Both the position numbers and the translations under genes were made by a program. From assembly GCA_040767965.1 (NCBI GenBank), contig JAXGNR010000017.1:1-27222 (forward strand): a stretch of DNA of 27,222 bases, written 5' to 3'. The stretch's first letter is position 1. Each line of letters opens with the position of its first letter. The notes below the pieces were generated by a model. That model made no database searches. It was not told the origin of the DNA and saw only the letters and a list, made by a program, of their open reading frames with translations. Shown one piece after another: positions 8,498 to 17,871 of this stretch. The stretch is from Atribacterota bacterium (lineage in GTDB: Bacteria > Atribacterota > Phoenicimicrobiia > Phoenicimicrobiales > Stramentimicrobiaceae).

Positions 8498-11107
8498 TTA
8501 ATCTGAAAAACTTCTAATCCATTCCGGTTCATCCGGCCCACCATTGTTTTCCAATATCTCCCGCCAAGCCTCATCTGTTAACCGTTCGCTCATAGGCTGT
8601 TTGAATTCATAGTAACTGAAAACAGGCCCCATACCTAATACAATATGTCCCTGGGGCAGTTTGTAGGCTACGATAACTGTTTTGATAAAACCTGTTCCTT
8701 CCTCCAGCACTTTTTTGGTATTTCCTTCAGTATGAACATCAGCTATCATAACTGATTTCAAGGAGCCTGGATTTATATCCCCCCCTGCAATTAAACCGAT
8801 CAAACTGGCAGAGATAGTGCCAAAATTTTCTATAAAGTCATAATCCGACTCTCCAAGTGATTTATTTTCCAACTCTTTTAGGGATATATCCAGCAATCTT
8901 TGCAATATCTCAGCAAATCTGTTCAATCCCGATTCTATTCCCAAACCCTCCAATTGCTGCTGAGGAATCAATTTTCTAAAACCCGTTAAAGTCACGTTGG
9001 TTAAATTCAGAAGTCTATTATAAAATTCTGGTACTGGTTCCACATAACCCACTACCGATGGTCTAAAGAATCCCCCTCTTTCGGCCATGGTATAACTTTG
9101 TTTTACATATAAAATCGTATCATGCCGCAACTGAGCCCAGGAAGCTAAAGTTGTGTTAAGCTCTTTATCCTGCCAGGCTTCAGTTTGCATAAAAGTAGGG
9201 TATCCTGCACTAAACTCTCTGTGTAATGCCTTTAAAACATAAAGCCAGTTTAAATAAAGATTACCGTACCAGTCTTTCTGCTCCATAGAATCCAGCTCAC
9301 ATTTAAGTCGTAGGAAGGCCTCTTCAAAATCACTATACTGAGTATCTCCGGACTTTTCCAAAATTTCCCAGGCTCTCTCCGAGCCCAGTAAAGCCATTAA
9401 ATCCAATCCCCGGGGAAATCCCCGCACTTCCCTGGAAGCCGGAAGAGGGCAGGAAGCAACCTCTGTTTTAACCCAGGTAAATGGCCTGTTATCCCTGAAT
9501 TCTTCATAACTATCATCCCAGCTAAAAGTAAATGGCTTTTCCTCTGTTGGTAAGGACAGTGTCGACCCATAATATTCACCACTATAAGGAGAAACAAGCT
9601 CTGAAAAAAGCCAGGAATCCAGAGTAAATCTTTGTCCCATCAATCGGAACCCTTTGGTTTGAGACAAAAGGTCTTTTGCCTGGAGCTTCAAATTCTGGAT
9701 ATCATTATCACTAAGCGGAGGGCAGGGCATCAATAATTCACATGCACCCAAACCACTATATATTTTTGGTTCATAAGGGTATTTTCTTATCACATTTTTC
9801 AGCTCATTATATTTATCAGTAATCCATTCTGTATTTTCCATGCCATTTTTCTCTGCAAAAAATTCCTGTAATACAGCACTGTATTCATAAGGTCCTAAAT
9901 CGTCAGAGAAACCGACCATAAAAGAGGTAATATGATAAATTCTTTCCCATCGTTCCCGAATATTCTGGCTGCTGATAAATTTATCTGCCAGCAAAAATGC
10001 CTGAATGGTCTGTATCCGGGCATCGTATTCAGAGATAATTCCTCCCACACTCCCACTGCACATGGATTCTCCTGCAGCCAAAAATGGAGAGCCTTCAATT
10101 AAGGCAGTCATTCTCCCATACCAAATCAGTGCTTTAAAGTAATTTTTCAGCTTCTCAGATTTGGTATAATGTCCCCGGGGAACATATTGAGAATAATCTT
10201 CCTGATAAATAAAGATAGGAGAATATTCCCAACCTTTATGTTCTTCGATCAGTCCTATTTCAGCCATCACCTGATCCTGAATAATTTCTGGAATATCAAA
10301 GCTATACATATCAAATTCTTCTTTACTAAAATATTGATAGCTGGTTTGCTTGCCATAAACATCTTTTACCCCATTGATCATCATCTCGCAAAATTCCGGT
10401 TCCATATCCGGCGTACAATATTCCTCTTTTAACATTTCATCACTGATAACCTGGTTTTTTGCAGGCTTTAAAAGTTCCAAAGCCACAGAAAGATAGGCCA
10501 GATTCCTTCTGGCTGCTTCTTGTCCATCACCAGACAAGTGATGATAATCTTGTACTGATTTCTCAAATAATTCCTGGCTGATTTCCCAGATATCCTGATA
10601 AAAAAGATCTCTTTCCAGACGCATTAACGTGGTATCGAAAAAGATATGATAATAGTGCAGCAAAGAATCTGAAGTTATAAAAATAGGTACATCTATATTT
10701 TTTAATACCTGATAATAAGCAACAAAATCATCCTTAGGGTTGGCTAATTCACGGGTGAAATTAAGAAAAACTTCCTGTTCGGCAATATCCAGGGGGGTAG
10801 GGATGACTACAAAGGCATTTTTTTTCAATAATTTTAATGCCTCATTTTTCAAAGGCATTTTTTCAAAGAAATCCGGATAATTTTCAATATCAGTAGTATT
10901 CAGAGGCAGGGAATGCCCTTGAATATTAGCTTCGAATTGAATCGATTCCATAAAAAAATCTCCAGGATTAATCAATTGTTTATTGATCTGGTCTGCAATT
11001 GCAGTAAGCTGGCAAAAAATTAAAGAAAGCAAAAATATAATAACAATCGGAATTAAAATACCTTTAAAACAAAAATGTTTTTCTTTTAATATTCTTAATT
11101 TTTTCAT
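8498..11107 (-). CDS. DUF3160 domain-containing exported protein
   Basis: EDYSQYVPRGHYT, LASWAQLRHDTILYVKQ, GYVEPVPEFY and GPVFSYYEF...RLTDEAW motifs; N-terminal hydrophobic segment. Confidence 0.88.
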   Translation of the reverse strand: MKKLRILKEKHFCFKGILIPIVIIFLLSLIFCQLTAIADQINKQLINPGDFFMESIQFEANIQGHSLPLNTTDIENYPDFFEKMPLKNEALKLLKKNAFVVIPTPLDIAEQEVFLNFTRELANPKDDFVAYYQVLKNIDVPIFITSDSLLHYYHIFFDTTLMRLERDLFYQDIWEISQELFEKSVQDYHHLSGDGQEAARRNLAYLSVALELLKPAKNQVISDEMLKEEYCTPDMEPEFCEMMINGVKDVYGKQTSYQYFSKEEFDMYSFDIPEIIQDQVMAEIGLIEEHKGWEYSPIFIYQEDYSQYVPRGHYTKSEKLKNYFKALIWYGRMTALIEGSPFLAAGESMCSGSVGGIISEYDARIQTIQAFLLADKFISSQNIRERWERIYHITSFMVGFSDDLGPYEYSAVLQEFFAEKNGMENTEWITDKYNELKNVIRKYPYEPKIYSGLGACELLMPCPPLSDNDIQNLKLQAKDLLSQTKGFRLMGQRFTLDSWLFSELVSPYSGEYYGSTLSLPTEEKPFTFSWDDSYEEFRDNRPFTWVKTEVASCPLPASREVRGFPRGLDLMALLGSERAWEILEKSGDTQYSDFEEAFLRLKCELDSMEQKDWYGNLYLNWLYVLKALHREFSAGYPTFMQTEAWQDKELNTTLASWAQLRHDTILYVKQSYTMAERGGFFRPSVVGYVEPVPEFYNRLLNLTNVTLTGFRKLIPQQQLEGLGIESGLNRFAEILQRLLDISLKELENKSLGESDYDFIENFGTISASLIGLIAGGDINPGSLKSVMIADVHTEGNTKKVLEEGTGFIKTVIVAYKLPQGHIVLGMGPVFSYYEFKQPMSERLTDEAWREILENNGGPDEPEWIRSFSD

Positions 11108-11127
11108 TTTCTGTTCCCCCAGATTTT

Positions 11128-12848
11128 TTATCTTACCAGTTCCAGTTCTATTATACCTTTTTTAATGCTTTTCCATAATCTCATACTGGATCTTTGAGCC
11201 AGGTTTTCGAGAAATATTTCGGCCTCTTTCTTATTCATTAGCATTGGTTGGCCGTCTATCTTCTTTATTGGAAAGAGTCGAAAGGTGAGTTGGTCCCTTT
11301 CTATTACCGTGCCAATCAATAAACCTTCCCTTGTTTCCGGCAAAAATTGCTGATCAAAGATAAAATTACCCAAAGAATAAAATACCGGCTTACCTTGAAT
11401 AAGCTCAATCCCCTGCACTACATGAGGATGATGTCCTACAATTATATCAGCTCCGGCAGAAATGATCTGATGGGCCAATTCTCTTTGTTCAGAAGAGCTG
11501 TTTAATTCATATTCATTACCCCAATGCATGCTTACAAAGATAACCTTTTCTGGATTTGACTGTCTTGTTTTTTGCACTTCTTTAATGATTTCTTCTCGAA
11601 AGTCAATAAAGGGCAATACCCGGTTAAACGCTAGAAAAACAGTCTTTTTACCATAAAAGAGATGATATTTTGTTTCCGAAGAAGGTAAAAGGGGAGAACT
11701 GATAAAATGAATCTGGTATTCTTGCAACCAGCTTTTTGTTTCTTCTAAACCATCTTTTCCCAGGTCAGTTGTGTGATTGTTGGCTAATGAAAACAAATTA
11801 ATCCGGCTCCATTTTACAGCCTCCAGCACATTTGGATGAAAAGAAAATTCCCATTCATTATCTATAAAATTCCGTGAATTTTCCACCACAGATCCCTCAA
11901 GATTAGCAAATACAATATCAACACCTCTTAAAAGCTGCACAATGTTTTGAAATGGATAATAAATACTCTTTTCCTTCATTAATTTTTCCAGACCACGCGC
12001 TAACATCATATCTCCTGCCAACAGGATTGTTTCAACCTGGTTATTTTCTTCCCAACTTCCTTTTTGAAAAATTACACTGAAATAAGAAGTGGTAGAATCT
12101 AGATCATATGGCAAAAAATCAACAGAGTTATTATAGACAATATTTATTGGTTTTTCGCTTTCCCGCAATTTGGCAAAAAGCCGAGCAGCATATAGGGATT
12201 GCCAGCTATCCACCTCTATATTTTCAAAAATATCTTCCTCAAAGTTTAATAAGACCCTTATGCTTTTTAAATCATGTAATACTGCAGCTTCTGCTGGCAG
12301 ATAATGAGAAAAATCCACGCTGGCAACAAGTAAAATGTTAGTAGTATGTGCAAACATATTAATTGTTGATGTTAATTGATTTAGTTGTTCTCGTGAAGTA
12401 TTCCTAGGTATAACAACAGGAATTATTTTGGTTCCGGTAGATATTTTTTGATAAAAGGAAGTAAATTAGTAATACCAAACTCTGCAAGGACAACGCTTCG
12501 GTCCAGAAGAATATTATTATTAATTTTCAGTTTTTTTAATAACTCAATATCTATCGGTATTCCTGCCAGTTCAGCAGAACCTTTCTCCCAATCAATACTA
12601 ATAAATGAATTATCATCCTTAAGAGTTGAACAGTTAAAATGATCCGGGCTAAAAAGAATAATTGTTTCAGGATGCTGCTGCTGGCTGGCTATAAAAATGA
12701 AAAAATTTTCTATGATTTCTTTTGCCAGCATATGGTGAGGGATCACTCCGGCAGAAATATTATATTCTGCAGAGAAACTAACAAAAACAGATAGAATACT
12801 TATAAAAAAAATCAATAAAATTAATAGTAATTGTATAATTTTTTTCAT
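11128..12848 (-). pseudogene. Memo-like (AmmeMemoRadiSam protein B) domain fused to a CapA/PGA_cap metallophosphoesterase; split by one frameshift at ~12432, possibly a sequencing error
   Basis: ORF 12423-12848 has GVIPHH and SPDHF; ORF 11128-12357 has VASVDFSHY, then GDMML, NLEG, LANNH, HWGNEY, GHHPHV, YSLGNFIFDQ; one added base gives continuous PETKIIPVVIP... Confidence 0.85.
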
Positions 12849-12957
12849 AATTATTAAATTAAATATTTTTGATATTTTAAACTAAAATTTTTTTATTGTT
12901 TTTATTATAGCCATAATTTTACTATTGAAAAGAAGATTAAAGTTTTGTATATCAATA

Positions 12958-13014
12958 TTGACAAAAAGGATAAAATAGAATATATAGTAAATATTACTTT
13001 TTAATATTTACTAT
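12958..13014 (+). promoter_or_regulatory. Putative sigma70 promoter with overlapping 13-bp inverted repeat
   Basis: TTGACA at 12958, TATATA 17 bp later; ATAGTAAATATTA-ctttt-TAATATTTACTAT at 12984-13014. Confidence 0.5.
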
Positions 13015-13215
13015 TATTTTTTACAATTAATAGATGTAAAAAATTATTTACAGGATTTGTAATTTTATAAATATATTTTGTAGATTAATTAAATTAATCT
13101 GCACATAGTAAAAAAATAATTTACTTATTTTAAAAAAGTAATGACTTTTAGGAGGTGATAATTAACAGTTAAGATATTATTTTAAGATTATAAAAAATTT
13201 AGGAGGTAATATATT

Positions 13216-13707
13216 ATGAAAAAAGGTTTATTTATTATTTTGTTTATGGTTATAGCGATATTATTCAGTGGTTGTTCAATATTTGAACCTGAACTTGATA
13301 TTGTTGATACTGCAATCCAAAATGGCAATTTTACAACCCTTGTTAGTGCTTTGACTGAAGCTGACCTGGTTTCAACATTAAGAGGAACTGGTCCATTTAC
13401 CGTATTTGCCCCCACAGATGCTGCTTTTGCTAAAATCGATGCAACCGTTTTAAGTGACCTGGTTGCTGACAAACCTAATTTAACCAAAGTGTTAACTTTT
13501 CATGTGGTAAGCGGAGAATATATGGCAGCTGATGTTGTGGGAATGACAGAGCTTACCTCAGTAGAAGGCAGTGATTTAGTTATTGATGTTTCAGGCAGCA
13601 CAGTTAAAATCGATGTTGCTGAAATTACTATCACTGATATTGAATGCAGCAATGGGGTAATTCATGTAATTGATACGGTTATGATACCCCCAACCGTTAC
13701 TCTATAG
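13216..13707 (+). CDS. Fasciclin (FAS1) domain lipoprotein
   Basis: Lipobox LFSGC; GPFTVFAPTDAAF and NGVIHVIDTV motifs; AGGAGG RBS. Confidence 0.95.
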   Translation: MKKGLFIILFMVIAILFSGCSIFEPELDIVDTAIQNGNFTTLVSALTEADLVSTLRGTGPFTVFAPTDAAFAKIDATVLSDLVADKPNLTKVLTFHVVSGEYMAADVVGMTELTSVEGSDLVIDVSGSTVKIDVAEITITDIECSNGVIHVIDTVMIPPTVTL

Positions 13708-13722
13708 CTAGTTTTTAAAGTC

Positions 13723-13747
13723 GGGAGGGTTAAAAACCCTCCCCTTT
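13723..13747 (+). terminator. Intrinsic terminator-like hairpin
   Basis: GGGAGGGTT-aaa-AACCCTCCC followed by CTTT, just after the fasciclin stop. Confidence 0.7.
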
Positions 13748-13770
13748 CATTGATAATTAATATTATAAAT

Positions 13771-13817
13771 AAAAAATCAGCCCACACATTATTTTTTTAA
13801 ATGATAAGGGCTGATTT
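13771..13817 (-). terminator. Hairpin downstream of SDR copy 1
   Basis: AAATCAGCCC (13774-13783) / GGGCTGATTT (13808-13817), flanked by A and T tracts; long loop. Confidence 0.45.
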
Positions 13818-13842
13818 ATTTTTAAACATTAAAATGGGTCTA

Positions 13843-14610
13843 TTATCTTCCCATTAAATCATTTCTTCCTCCATTAGAGGCAATTATTTCACCGGTAATC
13901 CAGGATGATTCATCTGAAGCTAAGAATAAAGCTAAATTGGCAATATCCTCAGGTACCCCAATACGTCCCAGTACTGCATTTTCAACTCCGCCACGAACAA
14001 ATTCTTCTACCTGTTCAGGGGTTCTTTCGCTGTATACTATATTGGTTAATATTCTGCCAGGGCAAATTGCATTAACATTGATGTTGTAAGGTCCAAACTC
14101 AAAGGCGCTGGCTTTGGTAAAACCGTTAACTGCAAATTTTGAAGTTACATAAGCTGCACCGGAAACGAATTGTCCCAGGGCTGCAGTTGAAGAGATATTA
14201 ACAATTTTTCCGTACTTTTTTTCCATCATATGCTTGGCAACTGCCTGTGTGCAAAATAGAACGCCCTTTACATTTGTATTCATGACAAAATCCCATTTTT
14301 CTTCTGTAAAATCAACAATTGACATTTTTCCGCCAACACCGGCATCATTAACCAGAATGTCTATTTTGCCAAATTCTTTAATAACTTTATCAACCATGCT
14401 TTGCACCTGTTCTTTGACAGTCACATCAGCAGTAACTGGCAGGGCACGTCTTCCTTTTTCTTCGATTTCTTTAGCTGTTTGGGCTAAATTTTCCATCTTT
14501 CGACTGCTGATTGCAACATCAGCACCTTCGCTGGCAAAAAGTAAAGAAATTGATCTTCCGATTCCGGTTCCTCCGCCGGTTACCAGGGCTACTTTATTTT
14601 GTAGTCTCAT
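13843..14610 (-). CDS. SDR family NAD(P)-dependent oxidoreductase (FabG-like), copy 1
   Basis: TGGGTGIG, NDAG, NISS, catalytic YVTSK, NAICPG. Confidence 0.95.
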   Translation of the reverse strand: MRLQNKVALVTGGGTGIGRSISLLFASEGADVAISSRKMENLAQTAKEIEEKGRRALPVTADVTVKEQVQSMVDKVIKEFGKIDILVNDAGVGGKMSIVDFTEEKWDFVMNTNVKGVLFCTQAVAKHMMEKKYGKIVNISSTAALGQFVSGAAYVTSKFAVNGFTKASAFEFGPYNINVNAICPGRILTNIVYSERTPEQVEEFVRGGVENAVLGRIGVPEDIANLALFLASDESSWITGEIIASNGGRNDLMGR

Positions 14611-14727
14611 TAAATCCTCCTTTTACTACTGTTTATATTATTTCATTGACCAATCATTTATTTGACTGATAACTGACATTAATATTTTTAGCTATTAAGA
14701 AACAAAAAGCACATCATTGCTAGTTAA

Positions 14728-14756
14728 ATACTATACTTCAAAAATTGAGATGTCAA
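14728..14756 (-). promoter_or_regulatory. Sigma70-type promoter of SDR copy 1
   Basis: Minus strand TTGACA-N17-TAGTAT; conserved upstream of the paralog. Confidence 0.7.
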
Positions 14757-14960
14757 CAACATTCCTGCTTATTAGCCCGGTATTTTTCTTTTCTAAAAAA
14801 ATCAAATTATTTTCAATAAAATAAATAGAAATAAATACAATAAATATCAAAAATATTGAAAGAAATTTATCTTTTTGTGCGTATTAGCAGATGAAAGGAA
14901 ATTTTAAGTTATAAAATTCAAATAAAAATATCCAGTGGAAAAAAGAAGGAGTTTATACTT

Positions 14961-15818
14961 ATGCCACGTAAGAAAAGTAAAAGTTATTGGCTGCGAACCA
15001 TAATTCAGGTGTTCTTTTTGACATTGATTGCCTTAATCAGTTATAATCGCTATCGAATTACTAATGGACTAGCATCTCTTCCTGTCAGCGCCTCTACCAT
15101 ACATTCTCTTTGTCCTTTTGGGGGAGTTGTTACCCTCTATCATTATTTTACAGAAGGCATTTTTATCAGGCAAATTCATCAGTCTTCTCTAACTCTTTTG
15201 TGGCTGGTTCTTCTACTTACCTTATTTTTTGGCCCTGTTTTTTGTGGATGGATCTGCCCTATTGGAAGTATCCAGGAATTTATAGGAAAAATCGGGAAAA
15301 AGCTGTTTCCTAAAAAATACAATCGGTTTATACCTTCTAAAATTGATGTCTGGTTTAGATATATACGCTATTTAGTTTTAATCTTAATAGTAGTATTAAC
15401 TGCCCAGCAGCTCAGACTGGTATTTCAGGATTATTGTCCTTATTTCTCAATCTTTAATATCTGGGCTAGCGGAATAGCTTTTTCATCTTTAATTTTGCTT
15501 GGTTTTATTTTGATTGGCTCTTTATTTGTGGAACGCCCCTGGTGCAAATATTTATGCCCTTTAGGCGCATTGCTGGGAATATTTAATCTGTTTCGAATAA
15601 TTAAGTTAAGAAGAAATACAGAAACCTGTATTAATTGTACAAAATGCAACAATGTTTGTCCGATGAATATTCCTGTATCAACTAAAAAAGTAATTAGAGA
15701 CCATCAATGTATTTCATGCCTGTTATGCACCGATGAAGGAGCCTGCCCGGTAAGCGGTTCTTTAAATTTTAGTCTTTTTACTAAAAAAAGCAGAATAAAT
15801 AATGCAGGAGGAAAATAA
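14961..15818 (+). CDS. Membrane 4Fe-4S binding protein (NapH/MauN/YccM-like)
   Basis: CPFGG, FCGWICPIG, WCKYLCPLG, CINCTKCNNVCP, CISCLLC..CP; several TM helices. Confidence 0.92.
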   Translation: MPRKKSKSYWLRTIIQVFFLTLIALISYNRYRITNGLASLPVSASTIHSLCPFGGVVTLYHYFTEGIFIRQIHQSSLTLLWLVLLLTLFFGPVFCGWICPIGSIQEFIGKIGKKLFPKKYNRFIPSKIDVWFRYIRYLVLILIVVLTAQQLRLVFQDYCPYFSIFNIWASGIAFSSLILLGFILIGSLFVERPWCKYLCPLGALLGIFNLFRIIKLRRNTETCINCTKCNNVCPMNIPVSTKKVIRDHQCISCLLCTDEGACPVSGSLNFSLFTKKSRINNAGGK

Positions 15819-16684
15819 TGAAATTTAAACATATTCATATATTCTTTTTTATAATTGTATTTTTTGGTGGAGGCATCTGGTTTGCAAGTGAACAGGGTTA
15901 TTTTAATACCACCAGATCTTCTGCTCATCCAGCAGCATCGCCTGGTAGAGGAAGAGGCAGAAGTCAAATAAGCGCTACCAGTGAATTATCCAAGATAAAC
16001 CAACCAGTACAACCAAATCAGACATCTCAGTTGAATCAAAGTGAAGAAGCTCAGATTTTAGAAAAATTAAGCACAGAAGTGACAGAAGTGCATGATATTA
16101 ACGAGATAAGAGGCTCTTTTACTTTAACAGAATTAGAAAATATATATAAGGTTCCTGCCGGAGCTTTTATAGAGTCTTTTCTTCTGGATAAATCAACAAA
16201 TACATCGATTTTTAGATTAAGGGATTTAAAAGAGCTTTATAATTCTTACGAAATTGATGGAACTGAATATCATGTGGAAACTGATATGGTAAAAGTATTT
16301 GTATCCCTTTATACAGGCATTCCTTATATATCTCATGAGACTTTTTATTTGCCGGAAACTGCTGTGAATTACCTGCTTGACAATAACAGGTTAAGCTCTG
16401 CTGTGGAAAATTACTGGAAAGAACATACTTTTGATTTAGCTTCTCTGAAAATAAATGAATCAGCAGCAGCCCCAATAGAAATCAAAACATTTTCCCTTAC
16501 CGGTAACACAACTGTAGCTGATTTGCTGTCAATGGGAATGGATGAAGAAATGTTTCAAGGGATAGTAGGGGCAAAAGTGCCGGAAGATAAAAGGATAACT
16601 ATCAGAAATTTCCTGGTTCAACATGGATTAGGGTTTGATGATGTAAAAGAGACAGTAGAAGAGTACTTTACCTCAGAGGAGTAA
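15818..16684 (+). CDS. Membrane-anchored hypothetical protein, translationally coupled to the 4Fe-4S protein
   Basis: TAATG stop/start overlap, AGGAGG RBS, one N-terminal TM, GRGRGR/Q-rich linker. Confidence 0.8.
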   Translation: MKFKHIHIFFFIIVFFGGGIWFASEQGYFNTTRSSAHPAASPGRGRGRSQISATSELSKINQPVQPNQTSQLNQSEEAQILEKLSTEVTEVHDINEIRGSFTLTELENIYKVPAGAFIESFLLDKSTNTSIFRLRDLKELYNSYEIDGTEYHVETDMVKVFVSLYTGIPYISHETFYLPETAVNYLLDNNRLSSAVENYWKEHTFDLASLKINESAAAPIEIKTFSLTGNTTVADLLSMGMDEEMFQGIVGAKVPEDKRITIRNFLVQHGLGFDDVKETVEEYFTSEE

Positions 16685-16695
16685 AGTACTCTTCT
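16657..16695. terminator. 15-bp perfect inverted repeat over the stop codon between convergent genes
   Basis: AGAAGAGTACTTTAC-N9-GTAAAGTACTCTTCT. Confidence 0.55.
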
Positions 16696-16732
16696 CTAAT
16701 GTTGATATGTTAAAATAAGCTATTAAAATTGC

Positions 16733-17503
16733 CTATCTTCCCATTAAATTGGTTCTTCCTCCATTAGAGGCAATTATTTCACCGGTAATCCAGGATGAAT
16801 CATCAGATGCCAGGAATAAAGCTAAATGAGCAATATCTTCAGGTTCCCCAATACGGCCTAAAACAGAAGATTCTATTCCTACCCGGACAAATTCGTCCAC
16901 TTGTTCCTGAGTTCTTTCTTTGTAAACTATATTAGTCAGTATCCTGCCAGGGCAAATTGCATTAACATTAATTCCATAAGGTCCAAACTCAAAGGCGCTG
17001 GCTTTGGTAAAACCATTAACCGCAAACTTGGAAGTTCCATAGGCAGAACTGCCAACTGCAAATTGTCCCAGGGCTGCAGTAGAAGAAATATTAATAATTT
17101 TCCCGTATTTTCTTTCCATCATATGTCTGGCAACTGCCTGGGTGCAGAACATAACACCTTTTACATTTGTATTCATTACAATATCCCAGTTTTCTTCTGT
17201 AAAATCAACAATGGGCATACTTCTGCCAACACCGGAATTATTCACCAGAATATCTATCTGGCCAAACTCTTCAATAACCTTATCAACCATTCTTCGTACT
17301 TGTTCCTTGACAGTTACATCTGCTGCTATCGGCAAAGCACGTCTCCCTTTTTCCTCTATTTCTTTAGCTACTTTAGTTAGATTTTCCATTTTTCGGCTGC
17401 TGATTGCTACATTTGCACCAGCGCTTGCAAATTCTAAAGAAATAGCCCTTCCAATCCCGGTCCCGCCACCGGTCACTAAAGCTACTTTATTCTGTAATTT
17501 CAT
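16733..17503 (-). CDS. SDR family NAD(P)-dependent oxidoreductase, copy 2
   Basis: TGGGTGIG, NNSG, YGTSK; closely similar to copy 1 along its whole length. Confidence 0.95.
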   Translation of the reverse strand: MKLQNKVALVTGGGTGIGRAISLEFASAGANVAISSRKMENLTKVAKEIEEKGRRALPIAADVTVKEQVRRMVDKVIEEFGQIDILVNNSGVGRSMPIVDFTEENWDIVMNTNVKGVMFCTQAVARHMMERKYGKIINISSTAALGQFAVGSSAYGTSKFAVNGFTKASAFEFGPYGINVNAICPGRILTNIVYKERTQEQVDEFVRVGIESSVLGRIGEPEDIAHLALFLASDDSSWITGEIIASNGGRTNLMGR

Positions 17504-17619
17504 AAAATCCTCCTTTTCTTATTAACTTTCTTTTATATTATGGAAAAATGTGTAAATATATTCTTAAACAATATTTTGAAGATAACAATGCAGCCCATAC
17601 CGTAAGTAAAATTAACTAA

Positions 17620-17648
17620 ATAGTATACTTCAAAAATTGAAGTGTCAA
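17620..17648 (-). promoter_or_regulatory. Sigma70-type promoter of SDR copy 2 with palindrome in the spacer
   Basis: Minus strand TTGACA-N17-TACTAT; ACTTCAA-aaa-TTGAAGT at 17627-17643. Confidence 0.7.
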
Positions 17649-17871
17649 TAAGTAGCAGGTTTTGTTTATTCTAAAATTTTCTTTTATTTATTATAAAAAA
17701 GAATTTTACGCAAAACAGTGTCAAAAAATGAAGAAATTATGATTATAACAAAAATTAAATTTTGTTTGAAAAATATTTAACCTGGTGATATTTATCAAAA
17801 TAAAAATCGATGTTATAAATATTTTAAAAATTCAGCAACCTGTAGTATATTAAAGCAAAAAGGATATTTAT

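Noticed and set aside
12423-12440. Programmed ribosomal frameshift in the Memo-CapA gene
   Set aside because: No clear slippery heptamer or stimulatory structure at the junction; a simple indel is more parsimonious
13188-13487. 99-aa minus-strand ORF
   Set aside because: Antisense shadow of the fasciclin gene
14234-14665. Antisense ORF duplicated at 17142-17525 (also 16901-17380)
   Set aside because: Shadow frames of the SDR paralogs; the duplication follows from the sense genes
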